Part shown: positions 52,598-63,834 of the stretch, piece after piece | How positions within the stretch are numbered: the stretch's first letter is position 1 | Layout of the letters: the number at the start of each line of letters is the position of its first letter | DNA from: Octopus sinensis | Taxonomy: Eukaryota | NCBI RefSeq assembly: GCF_006345805.1 | Contig: NC_043002.1 | Coordinates: forward strand, 49,042,001 to 49,106,000 | Direction of reading: 5' to 3' | Length of the DNA: 64,000 bases | Notes under the pieces: model-generated | Seen by the model: only the letters and a program-made list of their open reading frames with translations | The model's database searches: none | What the model was told of the DNA's origin: nothing | Made by a program: the position numbers and the translations under genes

Positions 52598-53545
52598 ATG
52601 GCGGCGACAAAGCATGTGATTGGGGTGACTTCACCAACAGTCAATCTTCGGCTTGAATGGCAACGAGGTCAATAAACTACTTTTCGCTCTCCCTAAGCAA
52701 CAAGGAGGCACGACTGATTCAGACGGTACAACTTGTAAAGTAAATAGGATGAAAGCTCAGGTTGCAATTCCAGTTGAGGTTTTGGCAATAACTGCTGGGA
52801 AAATGCTGTTGTATTGTGTATATTATCAAAAACCTGACGCCTAGAAGCAGCCATACCCATGTGGAAAAAGCCTTCGGTGATATATAGACAGACATATACA
52901 ATGTGACCAGGGCAAGGCAGTTCAGAAGCATGGAGAACCTTTTCATTAGAGAAGTCCTCACTCTGATGTACTCTATAGTTCCCATACGCTACTGAGATCT
53001 CACAGTTTATCCAACATGTAAGAACCGATCGCTTAAGATATAGCGAGTTCCGTCAGAACTAGACATCTGGTGGATGTCTTGTGATGCCTTGGAGGGCAGC
53101 AACACACTCCTCGCTGTAAAACGAACCGAGAGTGAATTTTGGTTTGTTACCACACTGAAGATCCTCCACCGTGGATCCCCGAATTTTATCCTCCTGCCCA
53201 ATGTAGTGGAGCTGCGCTTTGCGGTTTAGGGAAGGAAGCCAAGATACCACTTCTTTTGTGCTGAAAATCAATTAGGGACTTTCTATCCTCCCCCGAAAAA
53301 AAATCAAGGGAGAAGAATGCCCCACCACTGCTGACACAAATGCTTCAACAATAACTGCAGCGTACAGTTGTAACAACAGCGAAGTGAACAAGAACAACAG
53401 CAGCAGCACCAACACCAATAAATGTAGCCATAGCAATAACGCAAACAACTGCTGGTGCAGTTGTGACAATAATAACAGATTCACTACAGCACCTGTAACA
53501 ACACTAACAGCAAAAGAACCAAAATCAATCAGGAAAATTTCCTAA
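52598..53545 (+). pseudogene. Decayed LINE ORF1/gag-like remnant with degenerate zinc knuckle and low-complexity Thr/Asn/Ser tail
   Basis: Broken frames give VEKAFGDI, RVPSELDIWW..., GRKPRYHFFCAENQLGTFYP (cf. GR-P-C--C---GH----CP), followed by (ACA/AGC)-rich sequence. Confidence 0.4.
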
Positions 53546-53598
53546 CTCCCTTAGATGTGATATCGATAAGAAAGTATATCTGTTTAAACAGAAATACG

Positions 53599-53632
<34 letters not shown>

Positions 53633-53653
53633 CGCACACACACACACACGCAC

Positions 53654-53704
<51 letters not shown>

Positions 53705-53760
53705 TTACGCGCTTGATAAAATATCATACCTCATGCGCCTATTATCATGAGCAGCTTTAA

Positions 53761-53908
53761 GGCATTTCGAATTCAAATTCCGCCGGTGTCGAATTTGTTT
53801 TTCATCCTTTTGGGGGTCGATAAAATAAGTACCAGTCGAGTACCGAGGTCGATGTAATCGAATTACTCCTCTCCCGAAATTGCTGGCCTTGTGCCAATAT
53901 TGGAAAAC
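53761..53908 (+). mobile_element. tRNA-derived SINE family B, CpG-retaining
   Basis: attcaaattccgccgg...ggggtcgataaaataagtaccag...gatgtaatcga; further copies at ~2400-2620, 18350, 59560-60060, 63835-64000. Confidence 0.75.
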
Positions 53909-54121
53909 ATTATTAGCAGCATTACTACTTATATGTATTTTTAAAAACCTTTTAATTTGATTTACTTTCGATTTCCTTCTTGATGATTTTTTGTTCAGAA
54001 GGTATTGAGTGACATAAAAGAAATCGTGAATGATATCAGAAGTTGGCGTCATCGTCGTCATCACTACCCTCATTGTCGTCATCATCATCATCGTCGTCGT
54101 CGTTGACAACATAATCATTAT

Positions 54122-54516
54122 AGGCGCAGGAATGGCTGTGTGGTAAGTAGCTTGCTTACTAACCACATGGTTCTGGTTCAGTCCCACTGCGTGGCACATT
54201 GGGCAAGTGTCTTCTACTATAGCCTCGAGCCGACCAAAGCCTTGTGAGTGGATTTGGTAGACGGAAACTGAAAGAAGCCCATCGTATATATGTATGTGTG
54301 TGTATATGTTTGTGTGTCTGTGTTTGTCCCCTTCAACATCGCTTGACAACCGATGGTGGTGCGTTTACGTCCCCGTAACTTAGCGGTTCGGTAAAAGAGA
54401 CAGATAGAATAAGTACTAGGCTTCTAAAGAATAAGTCCTGGGGTCGATTTGCTCGACTAAAGGCGGTGCTCCAGTACAGCCGCAGTCAACTGACCGCAAC
54501 AAGTAAAAGAGTAAGA
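54122..54516 (+). mobile_element. Young full-length tRNA-derived SINE family A
   Basis: ggcgcaggaatggctgtgtggtaag (A-box), ggttcagtccc (B-box), body, aagtaaaagagtaagag tail; CpGs intact. Confidence 0.9.
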
Positions 54517-54900
54517 GAAAGGGAGAGAGAGAGAGAGAGAGAGTATAATCTTCATCATCGTCGTCATCGCCATCCCCTTCACTAAATCACCACCATCATC
54601 ACGATCATCGTCAATCCCACCTCCCGCCACCAAAATAAAAAAAAAAGCTTAAATTCCGATGTTATCCTGAATAATCAACATCGCATCTATTCGACGGGGT
54701 TTGAACTGAAGATAAGATATTAGTTATATCTTGTAACTTTGTATTGATTAATGGTAATAGATATATTGTGGCTGTTGAATACCCAGGTCAAGCAAGGTTG
54801 CTACTCAAAGACTTCCAGTACATCTTACACAGTTTTTATCTTTCATCATAGATGTCGTCACACCGTGTTTAATGAAGACTGCAACGTTTAAAGCTTCAAA

Positions 54901-55039
54901 CTCCTCACTCGAACTCTCATTCAAACTCCAACGGCCGAAGACTAGCGACACGCTTGAAACTCAGAGTACCAAGGACTTTGAATCAAACTATTTTGATCCA
55001 CATATGTGTGTGTGTGAGTGAGTGTGTGTGTGTGTGTGT

Positions 55040-55076
<37 letters not shown>

Positions 55077-55326
55077 ATACAACAGACGTCTTTCCATACG
55101 AATATTAGTTCAGTTGATAATATAGTTACCGCGCAGCGTCTCGCACACTTTCTCCTAGATATTGTGGATCGGAACAAGTATTAGAAGACAATATCAGGCG
55201 AATTAAAAGCATGAAGCTTGTTTTCGAACCATGTGGTCTTGGGTTATGTCCCATTGCGCGGCAAATTGAGAAAGTGTCTCCTTCTATGGATTTGGTGAAT
55301 GGAAACGGAAAGAAGTCTGTTGTATA

Positions 55327-55377
<51 letters not shown>

Positions 55378-55512
55378 TCACTTACTCACACACACACACA
55401 CAAACACATATGTGGATCAAAATAGTTTGATTCAAACTCCTTGGTACTCTGAGTTTCAAGCGTGTCGCTAGTCTTCGGCCGTTGGAGTTTGAATGAGAGT
55501 TCGAGTGAGGAG
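54901..55512. repeat. Near-perfect inverted duplication, ~200-bp arms and ~210-bp spacer
   Basis: 54901-55095 is the reverse complement of 55307-55512; the ~105-bp unique part differs at one position that I could see (aaggacttt vs aaggagttt). Confidence 0.9.
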
Positions 55513-55529
55513 AGTCACTGTTTACTACT

Positions 55530-55710
55530 GGACGTTAGCCTGCGATTGGTCAAGAAAGGTCACGCGGTGTCATAGTTTGGTGTTGGTATTTCAGTGACAA
55601 CAATTGCTCGGAAAATAGCGCATGGTGAACGGGAAATCGATCGTGTGGTAGACAGAAAATCGGTCACGTGGTTTGGGCGGGGGAAGTAGGATGGGGCGGT
55701 AGATGTGGCA
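55530..55710. promoter_or_regulatory. Promoter-like CpG-rich segment
   Basis: Clustered ATTGG (reverse CCAAT), GGTCACGTGG E-box, GGGCGGGGG and GGGGCGG GC-boxes in an otherwise AT-rich window; direction unknown. Confidence 0.45.
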
Positions 55711-56094
55711 GTATATTTGTGCACATGTATATGCCCATATATCTGCGTGTATGCATCAGTACTTATACGAGTGTGTATTTGTGCATAGATGTACAATCAC
55801 ACAACAGTCCGCACACACGGGCGCACACTCACATACTCGCGCGCGTACACATATATATATACACACACACGCACACACGCACACACACGCACGTGTGCAC
55901 ACTTTTGTCTCCATGTATATATGTATATATGTATTCAAAGAAAATATTATTAAATAATGCAATACAGTAGTATTGCTTCCCAGTAAAACAAAGCACCATC
56001 AGGTTAAAGTATGAATATAAGATAGTGGCACAACAATGCACCAATATTTACTGAAAATATTGGTGCATGTGTATCACTATCCTATATTTATGTG

Positions 56095-56136
<42 letters not shown>

Positions 56137-56228
56137 ACGGGAAAGTTACGAAAATAAACCAAAGACGAGGCAGGTGGAGCACAAACAAAAATGTATTAGT
56201 ATAGCGCTCAGGATAGAAATAGAAAAAG

Positions 56229-56267
56229 TCTTTTACGTTTCGAGCCCTACGCTCTTCGACAGAAAGA
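56229..56267 (-). ncRNA. Minimal hammerhead-like motif with CUGUCGA core variant
   Basis: TCTTT CTGTCGA A GAGC gtagg GCTC GAAA CG TA AAAGA: perfect stems I and II, palindromic ACGU stem III, GUA site; A6 replaced by U. Confidence 0.65.
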
Positions 56268-56356
56268 TACACACAAAAAAGCAAGGAGAGAAACAAGGAG
56301 AGAAAAAAATGCGTGTAGGAACTAACGATCTATCATGGCGTCCTGACTTCGGACAG

Positions 56357-56426
<70 letters not shown>

Positions 56427-56593
56427 CGTGTGTGTATGTATGTGTGTGTATATATATATATACACACACAGAGTGGTGCATTTTATTTAAAATATTAAAA
56501 GTTACGATAAAAGTATTATTATAGTAATGATAAATGTTTCGTTTTTGGATTTGGATTGCAAGATTCTTTATGTGAGTTCGTGTGTTGAAGTAT

Positions 56594-57099
56594 ATTCTGT
56601 TGTGTCTGGGGAGAGTCATTTTCTTTTTGTGCCTTATAATTTAACACACACACCGGTAAAATTTCCACTTATTTCTCACTTTTATTTTGCAAAAATTTTC
56701 GTTGCGTCTTGCAACCTTTTCAATAGACTTGACTGTCTGTTATTTACACTGCGTTCCTTTTTGTTTGTTCGTGCGCATGTGTGTGGATGAGTGTGGGTGT
56801 GTGTATATGCCTATGCATGCCTGCATGTATGTATGTATGTCTGTATGCATGCATGTGTGTATGTATATAAGTGTGTGTATGCATATGAATATATGTGTGT
56901 ATGTGTGTGCACTTGAATGTATGTATTCTGCATATTCATGTACTTGCATGTCCGCGTTTGTGTATTTTTTTTATATATGTATGTGTGTGAGCATGTGCTT
57001 TAGGAAAATAAAAATAAGAAATAAGTGGAAATTTTACCGGTGAGTGTGTTAAATTATAAGGCACAAGAAGAAAATGATTCTCCCCAGACACAACAGAAT
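56594..57099. mobile_element. MITE with ~95-bp terminal inverted repeats, interior filled by microsatellite-like sequence
   Basis: 56594-56688 is the reverse complement of ~57004-57099 (attctgttgtgtctggggagag...accggtaaaatttccacttatttct). Confidence 0.8.
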
Positions 57100-58094
57100 G
57101 ATTAATGTATCCTTATGATTAATGATACACAAAATATGAAAAAATGAGGCTAATTGATTTAATGTGCTAATAATTCTAATGAATTAAGTATTATGACATT
57201 GATCTGATACTTACTGTATACCTACTTTTGCATCCCACCCTGCGCGCGCGCGTGTGTGTGTGTGTGTGTCTATGTATATTAATTGTATAAATGTTTTTGA
57301 GGGTCTTTGTTTTTTAGTCTGTCTCCGCCACCAACGCTTGTCATGTGTTGTTGATTCGTTTATATCGTCATAACTGGGGTCTGTTGGTTCACTGAACTCT
57401 TGAAGGTGGTACTGTAGGATGGACGTAAACGACGGAAACAAACGAATGATAAAAGGTAATGATATAATAGTGTTGTCGTATGGGTAGGCTTCCGTGAGAA
57501 ATCGTTTCATATAGGAATATTGTTATTCAAAAGAGTAAAGATGTGGTAATCATTATAAAATAATAAGATTCGTCGTTCGTAATTCAGCTATTTATCTGGA
57601 TAAGATAGAATTCATTTTTGGACAATAATTGTTTTCGAACATTTTCAATGCCTTTAATAAACATTTTCATAAACTGTAAACTGTAATACCGCTTATTACG
57701 AATTCATTTAATTCTTGAATGATTCAGAACAGTAATATCTTTAAATAGATACCGAATATAACAAGGATTTATGGAAACAAGAAATAATCTTACCGAGCAT
57801 TCACCCCGGACATCCCTTCTCCAGTCACATGATCCAGACCCAACTCTTTGCCTCTAGAATTACAAAAGAAATAAAAAAAATAAAACTTCGTGTTAGTAAC
57901 ATTTATGATTGGTCTTATCAATTTTTTCTTCATACAAATTTTATTGAAAGATGCCTTAAAAGTTGCTCATAAAGAAAGATTAAGGAGAGAAGTTCTTGGT
58001 GTCGAGTCGAGCATATTTATACTTTAGAACATATAATCCTTAATGAACATACGTAAATGCATACATACATACATACATACATACATCTCTCTCT

Positions 58095-58138
<44 letters not shown>

Positions 58139-58565
58139 TATATAGCATTCCTGTGTCATTGATTCTGTTATCATCATTTTAAAAATTGTTACATTGGATA
58201 ATAATAGAATTAAAGACACCTTCGCAAATTAATTAATTAATTATATATATTACAAATGATAGAGACGAAGAATGGAATAAGCGAGAAACTTTATTTCTCA
58301 CAACTATGCTTTTGACCCATCCTGCATCGATCCTCGCGGGTGGAATATTGTACAACTGGTTGTGATGCATCCCTCGGTGCAGAAGTGTCTCATCAGGTGA
58401 TGTTATAAGGGATTTCTCGTTAAATAAACCCTGTTTCGCACGGCTCTAATGCAGCATGTTGTTAATGACTGTAGGTTTAAGCTGTTGGGCGGGAATACAT
58501 ATGGATTTTTATATTTCAGAATGTACTATATATTCGTCCAGAATAGGAGACACTATGAATGGAGA

Positions 58566-58606
58566 GTTGCTGAAGAGGTCACAGGAAGTGTGGCGAAAGA
58601 TTTAAC
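58566..58606 (+). ncRNA. Minimal hammerhead-like motif, homolog of 8903-8948
   Basis: GTTG CTGAAGA G GTCAC aggaagt GTGGC GAAA GA TT TAAC; canonical core, 5-bp stem II, weak stems I and III. Confidence 0.5.
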
Positions 58607-59559
58607 AGAAAGGACACAAAAATAAGAACAATAATAAATCTGAAGTGAATAACGAATATATGCCACGTGTGTTTATTTAGATAAAGGAAATACCTATCCT
58701 GAAATATAACATTAACTGCTTCAACACACGGTTTTCGCATCAGGAATATAGTAAAAGAACTACATAAACGTATATGTGTGTGTATATATATATATATATA
58801 TATGAATTATATGGTTATTGACGATTTGTCTATTTTCGGCATATTTGGCATTAGAATTTTTTCTTTTGCCCTTGTTTATAAGTTGTGTGTGTGTATATAT
58901 ATATATGTAAGTCGTATTCCTACTTATTTTATACTCAATCTTATCAGGTGCTGGAGGTTTCAACGGCTGCAAGTTTTACATTAAACTCTGTAATTTTCTT
59001 GACAGGCGAAGGGTATTTTCTGACAAATTGTAATTTCAGAAACATTTGCTTCTTTTGAGAAAATTAAAATATGCTATGTCAAACATTTTACCTTATTTTA
59101 AAATTGAAAGAAATGAAATTGAGCCCTTTTTTGAAATTACATGAGCATTAAAATAAATGAAGTATGGAAATATGTTCAAATGGTCACAACGATCAAGGTA
59201 ATAACTAAAGATCGACTTTAAATACAGGAATTCTTTCCTCAGGATCATAAAATAATTGCAAGAAAACAAATATTTGCTGGCTGACGAAACATCTTTCAGT
59301 TCTAGAGGGCTGTGGATTTATACTATTACATTTCTTAATTAGAGTAGGCAAACTCAGTTGTCAGGAGTCAGCGTTGGCGTAGATTCCAAGATAGAAACTA
59401 ATGGGTGAGAAAAAGCTATGAAGCGGTTACTAATTGGATGAATAGCAATTCGTGGAAAATCGAGGCGTATACTGAAGAGCCACTTTTCAATAATCTGGTT
59501 ATTTTCGGATAAACTACGTTATAAATCATAAATTAGTTATTCAGATTTTGGGGAGAGTT

Positions 59560-60060
59560 ATCAAATTTTAAGGGCAGGTTAATTAACAACCCTAGTGCTT
59601 AACTGGTACTTATTTTATCGACCACAGAAGGATAAAAGGTAAAGCTGACCCCAGCAGAATTTGTATTCAGAATGTGAAAATCCCCAAAATGATTGTAATG
59701 ATTGCTTCGAATTTTAGCTCAAGGCTAATAATTGGGGAGGGGTAGTTAGCATATTACATCGACCTCAGTACTCAACTGGTACTTTATTTTCTCAACCCGG
59801 AAGGATGAAGGCAAAGTTGATCTCGGCGGAATTTCTGTTTCCGTCGTAGTGTATGAATAATTCTTTATAATATAGGCAGAAGGCCTGAAATTTTAGGGGA
59901 GCGGGCATATCAATTACATCGAACCCCATGCTAAACTGATACTTATTTTATCGACCCGAAATGATGAATGGCAAAGTGGACCTCGGCGACTCATAACGCA
60001 AACACAGACAAAGTGCTTCTTAGAATTTTGCCCAGTGTGCTAACGATTCAACTAGCTACC
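59560..60060 (-). mobile_element. Three tandem partial copies of SINE family B
   Basis: Repeated (c/a)aactggtacttattttatcgacc...gaaaggatgaaaggcaaagt blocks at ~59600, 59770 and 59935. Confidence 0.7.
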
Positions 60061-60716
60061 CGTCTTAATTGTTATAATGTAGATGTTTTGTCATTGTATA
60101 AAAGATTGGCTGCAACAAATATTCTGCTCAATACTACAGATTTCCTGCTCATTTGCTTGGCTTTAACCAGTTGAACATGTCCCTTAGTGGTTGACGATAT
60201 GTGCATTTCTGATCTAGAGCAGGAGTAGTGGGGAAGTATCATAGCCATATTTGAGAGGGATTCTTTGTGGTTTGGATAATTCACCTCTCGAAAATGGGTG
60301 CTTCGTTCATCAGCCTCAACAACACTTATTCAGGGAACTTTTGAGCTGGTGGGCTACTAGACTCGAAGAAAAATTCTAATTGAGCTCCTATCTGAAAGTC
60401 GGCTAAAGGTCCATAAGTCAGGAAAAAGATGCACTCGTATATCTGTCAATAGAGTGGGTATATTATCCGAAGTGTACAGTATAATATAACCATCACGGTT
60501 GATCTTACCAATCGGTTTCGCGCTTAGGGGTGCAACGGTGTGTTAGATAACAATCCAATTATATAACCCTACGCTCATCATATATGTATATATATGTGCG
60601 TGCATGTGTTTGTGTGTGTTTTCTAATATTCAATATGGTTAGCCAAGCCTGGGTTTAACAGGGTAATTATAAGGTTCCTACATGGAATTAAAATCTCTAT
60701 TCCTTTAGTAGTGTAA

Positions 60717-60766
<50 letters not shown>

Positions 60767-62707
60767 TGATAAGTGCGAACGTACGAAACACTCGGCCCTT
60801 GAGTCACTGTTGATTCTGTTGAATATTAATGAAACACACACACATTGTGAATGCGCGCGTGTGTGTGTGTTAGGAAAGGTAATTGATTGAGAAAGAAAAA
60901 TGGTTTGGAAGGAGGATTATATTAACTTGTGAGAATCATAGTTATATAATTGAAGAGGAAGACGACTCAGAAAATTAAAAGCAGGGGAAAAAGAATATCT
61001 GTGATTTTCAAACACAGATACATCAGGAAAATGACAGAGGAGGGCGAATAGAAAAACAAGCCACCAACAGCACCAGAACTGCTATAACAATCTCTGTTAT
61101 CATCTCTATCAACGAATGAAATAATAGCAAGAATATTCTATTTCTTCATTTATGTCTTTCGTCATTATTTTGTTGTTTGTTGTGCTTTGATATGCAAATT
61201 CAAACTTTTCTTTTATTTGTCTGTTTGTCTATAGTTTTTGAAACAACCTGAAGCTATATTGTAATCTTGGATCATCCAAAGAGGCTTTGTGACAACCGAC
61301 ATGAAATGTCTCTGCTCAATAGTAATACCTGAGGCCAGTATTGTAATCTCAGTAAAGAATTGTCTCTAAGAAATCTCGGCAAAACCCCCATGGTACAGGC
61401 ACAATGATACAATGGAATCCAAAGAACATTATTTAAAACAAGCTGAGTTGGTGTTTGCCTTCCGGCCAATTTTGCTTGACTTCTATTGAAAGAAAACAGG
61501 ATCAGTGGCATCGACGATTACTATTATAAGAATAATGAAATGAAAGAACATCGAAATAAAAAGAATAACGAGATAAAGAATTAACGAAATGATGTGCACA
61601 ACAAAACACAATCTAAAAATACTAAAATAAATTTATGATATATCAGTGTAAGAGTCTCTTTTTGAAATTAAATAACAAAACACAATTTCTCTGCTGTTTA
61701 CTACTAGTATTATTGAGTTTCTTTCTTTTTGTTTTTTGTTTTTGCTTTTTCTCTTTTCTCAAATAAAAGAATTGTTACCAAATTGTTCTGCTACACTACA
61801 AAATAGTTCGATTCTGCAAGTGTGTTTAGAACCACAGAATTTTTGCAGATTTTCTGGTACAATACATCCTAAATTTTTGATAAAGGATGGGTTCTTTATC
61901 GCATAACAATAATACAAGTCCTTTTTATAAAGCTTATAAGTTCCACCGCCATAATTGCTGTGCAAAACTAATTCCTCCACCAAGGAATTAACTTCAACAA
62001 ACATTGCCTCTACAAATTCATTAATTCCATTACACATTGGCTCAAGTAAGCTTTATTAAATTGTGATTTGTAATGCGTTTGATCATAAGGTAGCTTAATC
62101 AAGATTGAGCTGGGTTAAATAACAAGATCTACAACAACCATATAGATATTTCCCATAAATCCTGTACAAGTACAGATTCAGTTACACCTTACGATAATCT
62201 TATAATAATTCTGCTTGTCAGTCCGTTACTTAGCCTGTCCGTAACGCTTCCACGTGATTAGCTGAAAGTGGGAGGATGTGGGGATGAATGAAATGTATAA
62301 CTTTTTTTAACCAACTTATTTTTCTCCGTTACTTAAACCGTTTGTAACGCTTTCGCGTGATTAGTTGAAGGGAAAGGCGAAGAGCATAAGAAAAAGGAGA
62401 AAGAGGAGAGTATAGCAAAGAGTGAGAAAGGGGATGAATGTTGTGTATTAAGTCTATAAAATTGTGCATAAAGTTGATTAAGTAATCATCGTATTCCAAC
62501 TTTCTTCACTTTTCAATAATTAGCAGATGAACGACTATCTTTTGATACAGACACAACTCAGGTATACATTCAGGATTTTGGATAAAGTTTTCAAATATAA
62601 CGCAATAAGTTTACCATTAATTCCGTGAAATATTCACGGGTCACGCTAGTAACTATTTTTTAGTAAAATTAAGTAAAGTTAGTAACTATTAAGTAAAGTT
62701 AGTAACT

Positions 62708-62923
62708 AGGCGTAGGAGTTGGTGTGTGGTAAGTAGCTTGCTTACGAACCACATGGTTCCGGGTTCAGTCCCACTGCGTGGCACCTTGGGCAAGTGTCTT
62801 CTACTATTGCCTTGAGCCGACCAAAGCTTTGTGAGTGGATTTGGTAGACGGAAACTGAAAGAAGCCCGTCGTATATATGTGTCTATCTATCTATCTATCT
62901 ATATATCTATCTATCTATCTATC

Positions 62924-62956
<33 letters not shown>

Positions 62957-63152
62957 CTGTGTTTGTGCCCCCAACATCGCTTGACAACCGATGCTGGTGT
63001 GTTTAAATCCCCGTGACTTATCGGTTCGGCATAAGAGACCGATAGAACAAGTACTAGGCTTATAAAGAATAAGTCCTGGGGTTGATTTGCTTGACTAAAG
63101 GCAGTGCTCCAGCATGGCCACAGCCAAATGACTGAAACGAGTAAAAGAGTAA
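62708..63152 (+). mobile_element. Young full-length SINE family A with candidate 8-bp TSD AGTAACTA
   Basis: CpG-intact copy; AGTAACTA at 62701-62708 and 63148-63155. Confidence 0.9.
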
Positions 63153-63253
63153 CTATGATTAAATCAATAGCTAAGATTAAGACAATTTCCATCATTAAGA
63201 TAATAACTAGGATTAAGATAAAAAATTAGAAGTAAGGCAATAAATATGATTAA

Positions 63254-63548
63254 GACAAAAACTGGCACTCCATCGGTTACGACGAAAATTGTTCCGGGAC
63301 AGTTTGCTCGTGAAATTAACGTGCAAGTGGCTGAGCACTCTGCAGACACGTATTTCTCCGGGAGATTTAGCGTAACACAGATTGTGAAAAGGTTGATCCT
63401 ATGAATTACAGATAGTACTCATTTTTCCAGCTCAGTGTACTGGAGCAACATGAAATAAAAGTGTCACGCTCAAGATCAATATGCACCGCCAGGAATCGAA
63501 TTCACGACCTTATTGTGAGCTGAATACCTTAACCACTAAGCCACGCAA
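63254..63548 (-). mobile_element. tRNA-derived SINE, family C
   Basis: Minus-strand head gcgtggcttagtggttaaggtattc with B-box gaattcgattcctgg; related fragments at ~28540-28810 and ~865-930. Confidence 0.6.
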
Positions 63549-63834
63549 AATATTAGGATTAAAACCACAGATATGTGTGATGACCGATCAATAACTTTGT
63601 AAATAAACTTTAAAGAAATAACATTGAAAAAATATTCTTTACTGCAAGACATTTGGTGTTCAAATAAGAATGATCAAAGGAAGAAAAAATAATATACTCT
63701 TGCCAAAAACACGTTTACCTATAACTATACAGGAATTCTATGAGGAACAGCGCAGAAATGTTAGCAACAAACAAAATATCAAGCATGAGCTTCTCTGAAA
63801 ATGCATTTGACCATACAGAATAATAATAATCTTT

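Noticed and set aside
53561-53568. TATCGATA (DRE-like promoter element)
   Set aside because: A single 8-mer at the end of a TE remnant, and DRE function is established in Drosophila; no supporting context.
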